A stretch of 61,230 bases of DNA, counting the filler. It is 6 parts of 6 records of this genome, joined end to end, with 100 filler letters (N's around TTAATTAATTAA, not from the genome) between each part and the next. Parts side by side here need not be neighbours in the genome. Positions count along the whole stretch, not along the records: positions 52,006 to 61,230 come from SRR31156797_17014; 5 more parts are not named here. One strand, given 5' to 3'. Below are positions 52,006 to 60,929 of the stretch, in pieces (position 1 is the stretch's first letter; the number at the start of each line of letters is the position of its first letter). A program made the position numbers and the translations under genes. The notes under the pieces are model-generated. The model saw nothing but the letters and a program-made list of their open reading frames with translations, did no database searches and was not told the DNA's origin.

Positions 52006-52461
52006 CATTCTATTAATAAGTGGACTAGGAAGTTTAAATACTATCCCTTTATCATCTATCTTATTTCCAGCACAGATGATTCTCCACCCTTTAGGCATAG
52101 TATATTCACCAATCTTTCTATCTAAAACTAGTTGATAAATAGCAGCTTGTACTGAAAGAGGAGCAGAGTTTAGCTCATCTAAAAATAAAATCCCTTTTGA
52201 GTCTTTATCTGTTGGTAAAAAGATAGGTGGCATCCACTTTGTTTGCTCATTTGCAATAGTAGGAATTCCTCTAAGATCAACTGCATCAAGCTGAGAAAGC
52301 CTTACATCTATTATCTCAAGCTCTTTTTTTTGTGCAATATCATTGACAATATATGATTTACCGATTCCAGGGCTTCCATGAATAAATACTGGAATATCAC
52401 TCTCAATAAGTGTTTCAAGCTGTGAATAAAGGGCTGTTGTTCCAATAGCTGGGGTAATCAT
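52006..52461 (-). CDS. MoxR-like AAA+ ATPase (3'-truncated)
   Basis: Walker A GSPGIGKS; DLRGIP; Walker B LFLDELN; CAGN. Confidence 0.9.
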
Positions 52462-52646
52462 GATAGTTTTGTCTCTTTAAGAAGTTTTGTAAGTTCATCA
52501 TTGAGTGTATTGATTTTAGATATCACTTCACTTCTTGTTTTCTCATCAAGGGTAAATCTGCTATCTATAAAGTCGTATATTTTAAAAGTATCGCTAAATA
52601 TCTCTTGTAGTAGGTCTTGTTTGATCTTGTCTTCTATTTTTCCCAT
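52458..52646 (-). CDS. Small helical hypothetical protein
   Basis: 62 aa, AGGA RBS, 4-nt overlap with the ATPase. Confidence 0.75.
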   Translation of the reverse strand: MGKIEDKIKQDLLQEIFSDTFKIYDFIDSRFTLDEKTRSEVISKINTLNDELTKLLKETKLS

Positions 52647-52675
52647 AATCTGTCCTATAAGTTTAGGATAGATTA

Positions 52676-52691
52676 TGCAAATAATATACCT
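52676..52691 (-). promoter_or_regulatory. Sigma54 (-24/-12) promoter
   Basis: AGG-TATATTATTT-GCA = GG-N10-GC, about 30 nt upstream of ATG 52646. Confidence 0.7.
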
Positions 52692-52695
52692 TTAG

Positions 52696-52857
52696 TTAAT
52701 AAGTGTAGTACAAACACTCACTTACTGGTTCACTAAAGTATGGAGTTTTTTTGTTAATCCCTATTTTTTTTGCTTTTAAGAGTGAGTCTTTATGGCTAAG
52801 GGCTTTAACAACCGCTATCACTTCATGACAATCGTTTAAAAAGGTAAAGATTCTCAT
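52696..52857 (-). CDS. 53-aa small protein (below ORF-track cutoff)
   Basis: MRIFTFLNDCHEVIAVVKALSHKDSLLKAKKIGINKKTPYFSEPVSECLYYTY; strong AGGAGGTG Shine-Dalgarno. Confidence 0.6.
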   Translation of the reverse strand: MRIFTFLNDCHEVIAVVKALSHKDSLLKAKKIGINKKTPYFSEPVSECLYYTY

Positions 52858-52928
52858 ATCACACCTCCTATATGTTTATAATAAAATTATAAACTATATT
52901 ATCTTAATCTAATATTAAGAAATGTGAA

Positions 52929-53363
52929 TTATTTTAACATTTTATATATTTTTGGTGTACATGCAAGATCAATTGCTTTAAACCCATCAAGATTTTCTAT
53001 TGTCTTATCTGCTCCAAATTCTATAAGAAGTTTTACCATATCCTCTTTCCCTGCACTTGCACTATACATTAATGCTGTCACCCCATTGTCATTTTTTGTA
53101 TCAAGCTTGATCCCAGCTTTTACCAAAAGTTCTACACATTTGTAATCTTGTCCAAAACAGGCATTCCATAATGCAGTATTGCCATCAACATTACTAATTT
53201 CAAGATCAGGTTTCAGCTCTAAGATCTCTTGTACGATATCTGCTTTTGCTTCTCGAACTGCTTTCATTAAAGCGCTATTACCATGTTTACCAACTTTATT
53301 GATATCTTCTATGTCATAGTCATTTTCTTTGAACCAATCTAGTGTAGTTTGTGAAAAATCCAT
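52929..53363 (-). CDS. Ankyrin-repeat protein
   Basis: GNSALMKA, GNTALWNA, GVTALMYS, GFKAIDLA; start moved to MDFSQ. Confidence 0.92.
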   Translation of the reverse strand: MDFSQTTLDWFKENDYDIEDINKVGKHGNSALMKAVREAKADIVQEILELKPDLEISNVDGNTALWNACFGQDYKCVELLVKAGIKLDTKNDNGVTALMYSASAGKEDMVKLLIEFGADKTIENLDGFKAIDLACTPKIYKMLK

Positions 53364-53364
53364 C

Positions 53365-53859
53365 TTATACACCCATCCAGTTTTCGTGTGTATGACCTTT
53401 TTTCTTGAATTTGATCGCTTCATCTAAAGCAGTATCAAAAGCAGTAGTATCAAACTCTCCATCTAAAGTCTCAAGGATCTCTTTATAGATAAATTCACCA
53501 TCTTTATTAATGATAAAGATAGATTTTGCACAAAGTGAATCATTTACATTTACACCCATTTTTAAACTAAAATCTTTAAAGTTTGTAGAAGTATCAACAT
53601 CAAGTGACTTATCTAACTCTTCTGAGCTTATTACGTAGATTAAAGATTTTTCTTTGTGTTTGTTGATAATCTCTTCCATAGTGTCACTTAAACCATTTTT
53701 GTATGGGATTGAAAGAAGAACCTGTACTTTATCAGCCATCATACCGATAACTTTTGTTTCTCCACTTTTCATAGTAACTCTCATCGCAGGAGCTTCACTC
53801 TCTAATGCACGTTGCTTCTTTTGTAATGCTATCTTTTCACCATTTAATAATACTTCCAA
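53365..53859 (-). CDS. Redoxin/thiol-peroxidase-like protein lacking the usual active-site motif
   Basis: Tpx-like layout (EAP...LLSIP...VISS...KSIFIINKDG) with no DTxVC motif; ends KKKGHTHENWMGV. Confidence 0.65.
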   Translation of the reverse strand: MEVLLNGEKIALQKKQRALESEAPAMRVTMKSGETKVIGMMADKVQVLLSIPYKNGLSDTMEEIINKHKEKSLIYVISSEELDKSLDVDTSTNFKDFSLKMGVNVNDSLCAKSIFIINKDGEFIYKEILETLDGEFDTTAFDTALDEAIKFKKKGHTHENWMGV

Positions 53860-53893
53860 ATTTTATCCTTTTTCATAAATTTACTATCTTCTA

Positions 53894-53910
53894 TGCATAA
53901 ATTATACCAA
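53894..53910 (-). promoter_or_regulatory. Sigma54 (-24/-12) promoter
   Basis: TTGG-TATAATTTAT-GCA = GG-N10-GC upstream of the redoxin-like gene. Confidence 0.75.
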
Positions 53911-53921
53911 GTAAAATTCTT

Positions 53922-53941
53922 GTGGAATAGTTTATGTATAT
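53922..53941 (+). promoter_or_regulatory. Sigma54-like promoter variant (GG-N10-GT) for ferredoxin 1
   Basis: GTGGAATAGTTTATGTATAT; 19/20 identical to 55409-55428. Confidence 0.6.
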
Positions 53942-53950
53942 GTGAATAAT

Positions 53951-54055
53951 GTAAATGGGTATACTAGCTTTTTGAGAGAAGAGCTCTCATTAAAATAATA
54001 AACAAATCCGCAGTTACCATATACTAAAACTAAACTTCTGGTATACCCATTTTAC
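53951..54055 (+). other. Inverted-repeat-bounded element (structured leader or MITE-like insertion)
   Basis: GTAAATGGGTATACTAG ... CTGGTATACCCATTTTAC, plus internal hairpin TGAGAG-aagag-CTCTCA. Confidence 0.6.
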
Positions 54056-54085
54056 GAACTTAATCAAACATTTAGGAGATAAATT

Positions 54086-54472
54086 ATGGCAGTATTAATT
54101 ACAGAAGAGTGTATCAATTGTGAAGCATGTGCACCAGAGTGTCCAGTTGCAGCAATTTTAGAAGATTCACACGAAAAAAATCCAAGTGACGACATTTTTT
54201 ATGTTAAACCAGAATCATGTGTTGAGTGTGTAGGACACGCAGATGAGCCAAGATGTGTTGAAGCTTGTCCAACTGAAGGTGCAATCGTATGGGATATGCC
54301 TTATACTGCTGAATTTAACGAATATTATAAAGAAAGAAACGAAGAGGGTGTTTACAAAATTAGAGAGCATAAGAAAAAAGGTCTAATGCTTCCTGAAGTA
54401 AAAGCACAACCATTTATTGAAGATATTGCAATGAGCGATAGAGAGTCTCATGCAAATATCGGTGAGTGGTAA
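54086..54472 (+). CDS. 2x[4Fe-4S] ferredoxin (FdxN/YfhL-like) with C-terminal extension
   Basis: CINCEACAPECP and CVECVGHADEPRCVEACP. Confidence 0.9.
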   Translation: MAVLITEECINCEACAPECPVAAILEDSHEKNPSDDIFYVKPESCVECVGHADEPRCVEACPTEGAIVWDMPYTAEFNEYYKERNEEGVYKIREHKKKGLMLPEVKAQPFIEDIAMSDRESHANIGEW

Positions 54473-54492
54473 GAACTTAATAGGTATTTTAT

Positions 54493-54525
54493 AGTATAGC
54501 CGATCTAAGCGGCTATACTCTTTTT
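54493..54525 (+). terminator. Intrinsic terminator
   Basis: AGTATAGCCG-atctaag-CGGCTATACT followed by CTTTTT. Confidence 0.82.
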
Positions 54526-54763
54526 ATAAAAATAAGTTTCAAAAAACTCGTCCATATCTTGTACAGATAGACTATGAGATATATACCAGAGCTTTCTATA
54601 CTCATCAGTATACTTATAAAACACATTCATATCCACATATTTTCTTTTACAAACATCTTAATCTATTTATTACCATATACTTTGGAACTATTTGTAATAA
54701 AATCTTACATCTTTGTAATTTAGAATAAGAGAGTGTCTATCTTTTAAGAATAGAAGTTAAAGT

Positions 54764-55114
54764 TTATTTAATAATAATATTTTGAGTAGTTATTTCAATA
54801 AATCGAGACTCTTCTAATGCTGATACTATTTGATTAATATTTTGATTAAAAAGCTCAAGAAGTTGTTTATTTGAAATATTTCCAGTAGAAATGATAATAA
54901 GTTTGTAGGGTTTATTTGATATAAGTAATGATTCTACAAAATCTAAATCTTTTGAGATCAATACCCTTTTTTCTGTTATTGAAATTGTATTAATCTCACT
55001 ATCTTTACTTTTGTTACCATTTTGTAGATCTAAAGTATGTATTGAATCATGCCCTTTCCATTGTAAAAAATGGGATAGTTTTTTGGGTAAATGAGCATCT
55101 ACTAAAAATTTCAT
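54764..55114 (-). CDS. DUF5615 PIN-like toxin (VapC45 type)
   Basis: MKFLVDAHLP...D.EI...RVLISKDLDF...GN. Confidence 0.88.
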   Translation of the reverse strand: MKFLVDAHLPKKLSHFLQWKGHDSIHTLDLQNGNKSKDSEINTISITEKRVLISKDLDFVESLLISNKPYKLIIISTGNISNKQLLELFNQNINQIVSALEESRFIEITTQNIIIK

Positions 55115-55353
55115 TAAGATACTGATTCAAGTTTTTGTACTGATTTTACTTCTGTAAGTTTTGAAGCGTATAACAATGAAGCTAATATGTCATCTCTTTC
55201 TAGATCTTCATAATCTTCTAGTATCTCTTCTATTGTCATACCACTGCTCATAAGTTGTAGTATCATTTCAACAGGATATCTTAAACCTCGAATAGAAGGT
55301 TTTCCATGACAAAGTTCAGAGTCAATAGTGATTCTTTGTAATAAGTTTTCCAT
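55114..55353 (-). CDS. DUF433 antitoxin
   Basis: ITIDSELCHGKPSIRGLRYPV...EEILEDYEDL; stop/start overlap with toxin; TATAAT -10 upstream. Confidence 0.92.
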   Translation of the reverse strand: MENLLQRITIDSELCHGKPSIRGLRYPVEMILQLMSSGMTIEEILEDYEDLERDDILASLLYASKLTEVKSVQKLESVS

Positions 55354-55408
55354 AATGTATCCTTTGGAAAATTATACCATAAGTCTATTTTATCATCTAC
55401 TCTTTAAA

Positions 55409-55428
55409 GTGGAATAGTTTTTGTATAT
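55409..55428 (+). promoter_or_regulatory. Sigma54-like promoter variant (GG-N10-GT) for ferredoxin 2
   Basis: GTGGAATAGTTTTTGTATAT, 36 nt upstream of the ATG. Confidence 0.6.
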
Positions 55429-55464
55429 AATCAATTAAAATAATTTATATAAAAAGGAATTATA

Positions 55465-55845
55465 ATGGCTGTTTATATTACAGATACATGTATAAATTGT
55501 GACGCTTGTATAGAAGAGTGTCCAGCAACTGCAATTGTAAGTGCAGATGAGTCTCCAATTGAGGGACAAGAGTTTACTTATGTAAAACCTGAAAAATGTA
55601 TTGAGTGTGTTGATACAACTGTACCAAAATGTGCTGATGTATGTCCAACTGAAGGGTGTATCGTATGGGATATGCCTTATACGGCTGAATACAATGAGTA
55701 TTACTTAGAGGGACACGAGAGTGGAAAATACCAAATTAGAGTACATAAGAAAAAAGGGATCTTTTCTCCCCAAAATGCACCAAAACCATTTAGAGAATCT
55801 ATCTCAATAGAGGATCGTGAAGCAAAAATGGCTGTAGAGGTGTAA
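55465..55845 (+). CDS. 2x[4Fe-4S] ferredoxin paralog
   Basis: CINCDACIEECP, CIECVDTTVPKCADVCP; shares PTEG.IVWDMPYTAE with 54086-54472. Confidence 0.9.
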   Translation: MAVYITDTCINCDACIEECPATAIVSADESPIEGQEFTYVKPEKCIECVDTTVPKCADVCPTEGCIVWDMPYTAEYNEYYLEGHESGKYQIRVHKKKGIFSPQNAPKPFRESISIEDREAKMAVEV

Positions 55846-55858
55846 CACTCTTACAAAA

Positions 55859-55886
55859 CTGTATAGAATTTAAGCATTCTATACAG
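55859..55886 (+). terminator. Intrinsic terminator
   Basis: CTGTATAGAAT-ttaagc-ATTCTATACAG followed by a T-rich tract. Confidence 0.75.
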
Positions 55887-55919
55887 CTAGTTTTTTATTT
55901 TTCATGTTATACTTTTACC

Positions 55920-56738
55920 ATGAAAATAAAAAACATTATATTTACAGACTTAGATGGAACTTTTTTAAATCATCATAACTATTCATTTGAAGAATCTCGT
56001 GAAGCATTAGCTCGTATCAAAGAGGACGGTGCTCCTTTAATCTTTACAACAAGCAAAACAAGAACAGAAGTAGAACTTTTACACAAAGATGTAGGGATCT
56101 GTGAGCCTTTTATCGTAGAAAATGGAGCGGCACTTTTTATCCCTAAAGGGTATAAAGGGTTTGATCTTGATTTTTTAGAGGATTTCCAAGGAGATTCTAA
56201 CTTTGAAGAGAAAAAAGTGATGATCTTTGGAAAAACCTATGATCAGATCTTAAACTTTTACAATGAGTATAAAGATGAGTTTGGGATGACTGGTTTTAGT
56301 GATATGAGTGAGCAGAAGATCGCTGAACTTACAGAGCTTCCTTTAGAAAAAGCAGCTTTAGCAAAAAAAAGAGATTTTACAGAACCTTTTATTATTGAAG
56401 ATGAAACAAAACTAGAAAAACTACAAAATCTTGCTTTAACCTATAAGATAAAAATCACAAAAGGGGGAAGATTTTATCATCTAATTGGTGAGAAGCAAGA
56501 TAAAGGGATAGCTGTTGAGCGAACTATTAGATTATTTGAAACGCTTTATGGACTTCTTTTAAACTCTATTGCTTTAGGGGATGGAGATAATGATATAGTT
56601 ATGCTTGAAAAGGTAAAAGTACCTATTATCATTCAAAATCATAAAGGGGAATATATCTCATTAAAACACCCAAATGCACAAAAGTCATCTTTTCAAGGAA
56701 GTGCAGGATGGAATGAGATGATCTTAAAAAATGTCTAA
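55920..56738 (+). CDS. gpgP: Glucosyl/mannosyl-3-phosphoglycerate phosphatase (HAD-IIB)
   Basis: FTDLDGT, TTSKT, ENGA, GGRFYH, DKG, LGDGDND. Confidence 0.85.
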   Translation: MKIKNIIFTDLDGTFLNHHNYSFEESREALARIKEDGAPLIFTTSKTRTEVELLHKDVGICEPFIVENGAALFIPKGYKGFDLDFLEDFQGDSNFEEKKVMIFGKTYDQILNFYNEYKDEFGMTGFSDMSEQKIAELTELPLEKAALAKKRDFTEPFIIEDETKLEKLQNLALTYKIKITKGGRFYHLIGEKQDKGIAVERTIRLFETLYGLLLNSIALGDGDNDIVMLEKVKVPIIIQNHKGEYISLKHPNAQKSSFQGSAGWNEMILKNV

Positions 56739-57888
56739 AGAGATCTTAAAACAACTCTATTTTCATGCTCTTGATAAAGTAAAAGCTGATGTTATTATTC
56801 AAGATAATATGAGTCTTGATGATGATAGTTTAAAAATATGTGGGAAAGATATCCCTTTAAAGAGTTTTAAAAATCTTTATATTTTTTCTGTTGGAAAAGC
56901 AGGATATGATATGGCAAAAGAGTGTGAAACTATTTTGCAAGATCATATTTATGATGGACTTGCTATCTCTTTAAAAGATGAAAAGCTAAAACAGATTAAG
57001 ACATTTCAATCTTCCCATCCTATTTTAAATGAAAAAAGTATTAAAAGTGCAGAACTATTAATAGAAAAAATATCTTCAATGAATGAAGATGATTTTTTTA
57101 TCTTTTGTCTCTCTGGTGGAGCATCAGCAATGATAGAAAAACCAATAGAGAATATTGATCTTGAAAATTTTCAAAAGATTTCACAAGCTTTGATAGGATC
57201 AGGAATTGATATCAAGGTATTAAATAGTGTACGAAAAGCGATCTCTAGAGTAAAAGGTGGAAAACTTGCTGGGATTGCAAAAGCAAATGGGATCGTTTTG
57301 GTTTTAAGTGATGTAATAGGGGATGATTTTGATACTATAGGCTCAGCACCTATGAATAATGGAAAGTTTGAACATCGTATTATTGGAAATAATCTAATTG
57401 CTTTACAAGCAGCACAAAAATATATTCAAAATGATATTCAAAAAGTAGAGATCATAACTCATATACTGGATCTTGATGTAATAGAGGCTACTACATTTAT
57501 AGAAGAAAAAATAAAAGAGTATAATGAAAAGTTTGAGAGTTATTGTCTTTTATTTGGTGGAGAAACAACTACACAAATTGTAGGAGATGGATCTGGTGGA
57601 AGAAATCAAGAGTTAGCTTTACGGTTACTTTTACAAAATTGTATAGATGAAAATACTTCTATACTTTGTGCTGGAAGTGATGGGATCGATGGAAACTCTC
57701 CAGCTACTGGAGCATTTTTGGATTTTGAGATTTATGATACAATAAAGAAGAAGCAACTAGATCCATTAAAATTTTTAAATAATAGTGATAGTTATAGTTT
57801 TTTCCATACCTTAGGATACGATTTTACCACTGGGGTAAGCGGTACAAATGTGATGGATTTTATAATTGTATTAAAAAAACAGGTATAG
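56731..57888 (+). CDS. Glycerate kinase type 2 (DUF4147/MOFRL)
   Basis: VGKAG, LSGGASA, KGGKLA, SDVIGD, GGETT, GGRNQE, GTNVMD. Confidence 0.9.
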   Translation: MSKEILKQLYFHALDKVKADVIIQDNMSLDDDSLKICGKDIPLKSFKNLYIFSVGKAGYDMAKECETILQDHIYDGLAISLKDEKLKQIKTFQSSHPILNEKSIKSAELLIEKISSMNEDDFFIFCLSGGASAMIEKPIENIDLENFQKISQALIGSGIDIKVLNSVRKAISRVKGGKLAGIAKANGIVLVLSDVIGDDFDTIGSAPMNNGKFEHRIIGNNLIALQAAQKYIQNDIQKVEIITHILDLDVIEATTFIEEKIKEYNEKFESYCLLFGGETTTQIVGDGSGGRNQELALRLLLQNCIDENTSILCAGSDGIDGNSPATGAFLDFEIYDTIKKKQLDPLKFLNNSDSYSFFHTLGYDFTTGVSGTNVMDFIIVLKKQV

Positions 57889-57925
57889 AAATATTAAATT
57901 TAAATAGAGACTAAAAGGGGAACAA

Positions 57926-59152
57926 ATGGCAGATTTTTTTCAAAATGGGATAATAACAACTTTACAAAATGTATCAGATAGAAGCTTAGAAGAGATGGAG
58001 GCTGAGTTAGAAAAGTTTAGTAAACGACGAAATATGGTTTTACTGCTTCCAGCACTTTATTCAGAGTTTGAGACTCCTGCTATGAAAAATATTTTAGAAG
58101 AACTCAAACATGTAAAATATCTTTATAAGATCATTTTAGGGCTGGATCGGGCGACAAAAGAGCAGTTTGAAGAGGTAAAGTCTATTATGGCTGGACTAGA
58201 TGTAAAAGTTGATGTATTATGGAATGATGGCCCAGATATGCAGCGTCTTTATCAAAGTTTAGAGGATAAAGACTTTAGAAGTGTAAAGATCAAAGGGAAA
58301 GGAAGAAATGTATGGACTATGATAGGATATGCACTTTCAGATCCAAATGCGTATGCTTTTGCTCTTCATGATTGTGATATTGTGAATTATTCACGGGAGA
58401 TTCCAGCACGACTTTTTTATCCTATTGTTCATCCAGCACTTGATTTTGAATTTAATAAGGGGTATTACTCAAGAGTAACAGATAGATTACATGGAAGAGT
58501 TACAAGACTCTTTTACTCTCCTCTTATAAAAGCATTGAAAAAAACATATGGAGAAAATCCATATTTAGAATATATGGATAGTTTTAGATATGCACTTTCA
58601 GGAGAATTTGCTTTTATTAGAACCCTTGCAAGGGGTATCCGTATCTCTCCAACATGGGGATTAGAAGTATCTACTTTAAGTGAAGTGTATGAAAACACTT
58701 CTGTTAGACGCATTTGTCAAACAGAGATTATGGAAAGTTATGAGCATAAACATCAGGAGCTAAAAAACAAAGAGCCTGAAAAAGAGCTAGAGGGTGGAGT
58801 AGCGAAGATGTCAATGGATATCGCTCAAACGATTTTTAGAATTATGTCTCAAAGAGGAACAACTTTTTCAGCTGACTCACTTATGACTTTAAGAGCTGCA
58901 TATTTTCAAGAGAGTAGAAAAGCGATCTCAAGATATGATGCGGTTGCAAAATTTAATGCACTACATTTTGATAGAAAAAAAGAGATCGAAGCGGTTGAAA
59001 CTTTTGATAGAGCCTTAAAAAAAGCATGTGAAGAGTTTGTGGAAGATCCTTTAGGTGTCTCATCACTTTCAGCTTGGATTAGTGTTCGATCAGTTATGTC
59101 AGATATCTCTGATGAGTTTCATGAGATTGTGGAGAAAAATGCTAATGAATAA
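57926..59152 (+). CDS. gpgS: Glucosyl-3-phosphoglycerate synthase-type glycosyltransferase
   Basis: MADFFQNGIITTL, GKGRNVW, HDCDI, KGYYSR, GRVTRL, WGLEV, YEHKHQ. Confidence 0.82.
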   Translation: MADFFQNGIITTLQNVSDRSLEEMEAELEKFSKRRNMVLLLPALYSEFETPAMKNILEELKHVKYLYKIILGLDRATKEQFEEVKSIMAGLDVKVDVLWNDGPDMQRLYQSLEDKDFRSVKIKGKGRNVWTMIGYALSDPNAYAFALHDCDIVNYSREIPARLFYPIVHPALDFEFNKGYYSRVTDRLHGRVTRLFYSPLIKALKKTYGENPYLEYMDSFRYALSGEFAFIRTLARGIRISPTWGLEVSTLSEVYENTSVRRICQTEIMESYEHKHQELKNKEPEKELEGGVAKMSMDIAQTIFRIMSQRGTTFSADSLMTLRAAYFQESRKAISRYDAVAKFNALHFDRKKEIEAVETFDRALKKACEEFVEDPLGVSSLSAWISVRSVMSDISDEFHEIVEKNANE

Positions 59153-60929
59153 AATAGTTTCCCACGATGAGTATACCAGTCATACCACAGAAGATAGACT
59201 AAAGCTTATCAAAGATGCATTGGATTTTATATATGATAAAGAGGATGCATCTAAAGCGTATGATGAGATCGTAAAACTTATCCATACTTATAAACAAAAG
59301 ATACAAAGTAAACCTTATGTGATGACCCAAAAAGATGTGATCTTAATAACGTATGGAGATCAGATCTTTCATGATGGTGAGACTGCATTAGCTACCTTAA
59401 AGCGGTTTTTAGATGAATATGTGGAAGATTATATCAATACAGTACATATCTTGCCATTTTATCCATACTCTTCAGATGATGGGTTTTCAATTGTAAACTA
59501 TAAAGGGGTATGTCCAAGGATGGGGTCATGGAGAGATATCAATGACCTGAGTAAAGATCACCGTTTGATGTTTGATGGGGTGATTAATCATATGAGTCAA
59601 TTAAGTGAATGGTTTAATAAGTTTTTAGCAAATGATCCAGAGTATTTAGAGTTTTTTACAGAGATGGATCCTTGTACTGATCTTTCACAAGTGGTTCGTC
59701 CTAGAACCACACCAGTTTTAAGTGAATATACTGACGATGAGGGGAAGAAAAGAAATATTTGGACTACCTTTAGTCGAGATCAAGTAGATCTAAACTATGC
59801 AAATTATAAAGTTCTTCTTCGGGTATTAGATGTACTTTTATATTATGTGGAAAAAGGGGCATCTTTATTAAGACTTGATGCTATTGCTTTTATTTGGAAA
59901 GAGTTAGGAACCACTTGTGTGCATCTTCCTGAGACTCATGAACTAATCCAATTGATGAGAGAGGTTCTTCATGAAGTAGCTCCTGAAGTTTTAATTATCA
60001 CTGAGACAAATGTACCTCATGATGAAAATATCTCCTATTTTGGTCAAGGGGATGATGAGGCTCAGATGGTATATAACTTTGCACTTCCTCCACTTCTAGC
60101 CTTTTCTATTTTAAAAGGGAATACTGAAAAACTTACCAAATGGGCAAATACTTTAGAGCTTCCAAGTGATAAGGTTTGCTTTTTTAACTTCACTGCAAGT
60201 CATGATGGAGTTGGTGTTCGAGCGGTAAGCGATATCTTAGATGAAAAAGAGGTAGATTTTTTAGTACAAACTACACTTGATCATAGAGGATTAGTTTCTT
60301 ATAGAGCGATTGGAGATGAACAGGTGAAATCTCCGTATGAGCTGAATTGTAGCTATATCGATATCCTAACCCATCCAGGAGATCCAAATAGTATAAGAGT
60401 AAAAAGGATGATCCTCTCCCAAGCAGTAACTCTTACAATGCCAGGGGTTCCAGGGGTGTATCTTCATTCTCTTGTAGGATCACAAAGTTATCATGAAGCG
60501 GTTAGGAAAACAAGAAGAAATAGGGCGATCAATCGAGAGAAGTTAAATTTTGATAATATCAAAGAGCAGATGGCAGATGAACATAGTTTACGAAATAGTA
60601 TCTTTAAAAGATATAAACAACTGCTTTCAATTAGAACCAATGAAAAAGCGTTTGATCCATACTCTGCTTTTGAGTTTTTAACAGTTTCTAATGAAACTTT
60701 TGCAATAAAACACTATTCTACAGATGGTGAAGAGTATATTGTAGCTCTTTACAATTTTGTAAATAAAAAGATCAGTGTTCAAAAGGAATTGTTACAAACA
60801 GGAGAGGATGAGTTAATTGATATTATAACTCATAAACTATATAATAAAAATGATATTCAAATGGAGCCATATGATATGTTATGGCTTAAAAAAGTAAATA
60901 TAACTGAAAAAAGGATTTATAATGATTAG
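59145..60929 (+). CDS. GH13_18 sugar phosphorylase, probably glucosylglycerate phosphorylase
   Basis: LITYGD, SSDDGF, RLDAIAF, ITETN, ASHDGVG, PYELN; start moved to MNKIV, overlapping the gpgS stop. Confidence 0.85.
   Translation: MNKIVSHDEYTSHTTEDRLKLIKDALDFIYDKEDASKAYDEIVKLIHTYKQKIQSKPYVMTQKDVILITYGDQIFHDGETALATLKRFLDEYVEDYINTVHILPFYPYSSDDGFSIVNYKGVCPRMGSWRDINDLSKDHRLMFDGVINHMSQLSEWFNKFLANDPEYLEFFTEMDPCTDLSQVVRPRTTPVLSEYTDDEGKKRNIWTTFSRDQVDLNYANYKVLLRVLDVLLYYVEKGASLLRLDAIAFIWKELGTTCVHLPETHELIQLMREVLHEVAPEVLIITETNVPHDENISYFGQGDDEAQMVYNFALPPLLAFSILKGNTEKLTKWANTLELPSDKVCFFNFTASHDGVGVRAVSDILDEKEVDFLVQTTLDHRGLVSYRAIGDEQVKSPYELNCSYIDILTHPGDPNSIRVKRMILSQAVTLTMPGVPGVYLHSLVGSQSYHEAVRKTRRNRAINREKLNFDNIKEQMADEHSLRNSIFKRYKQLLSIRTNEKAFDPYSAFEFLTVSNETFAIKHYSTDGEEYIVALYNFVNKKISVQKELLQTGEDELIDIITHKLYNKNDIQMEPYDMLWLKKVNITEKRIYND

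Noticed and set aside
54500-54720. Minus-strand coding-like stretch (KYVDMNVFYKYTDEYRKLWY...)
   Set aside because: Several in-frame stops upstream and no recognisable family; at most a gene remnant
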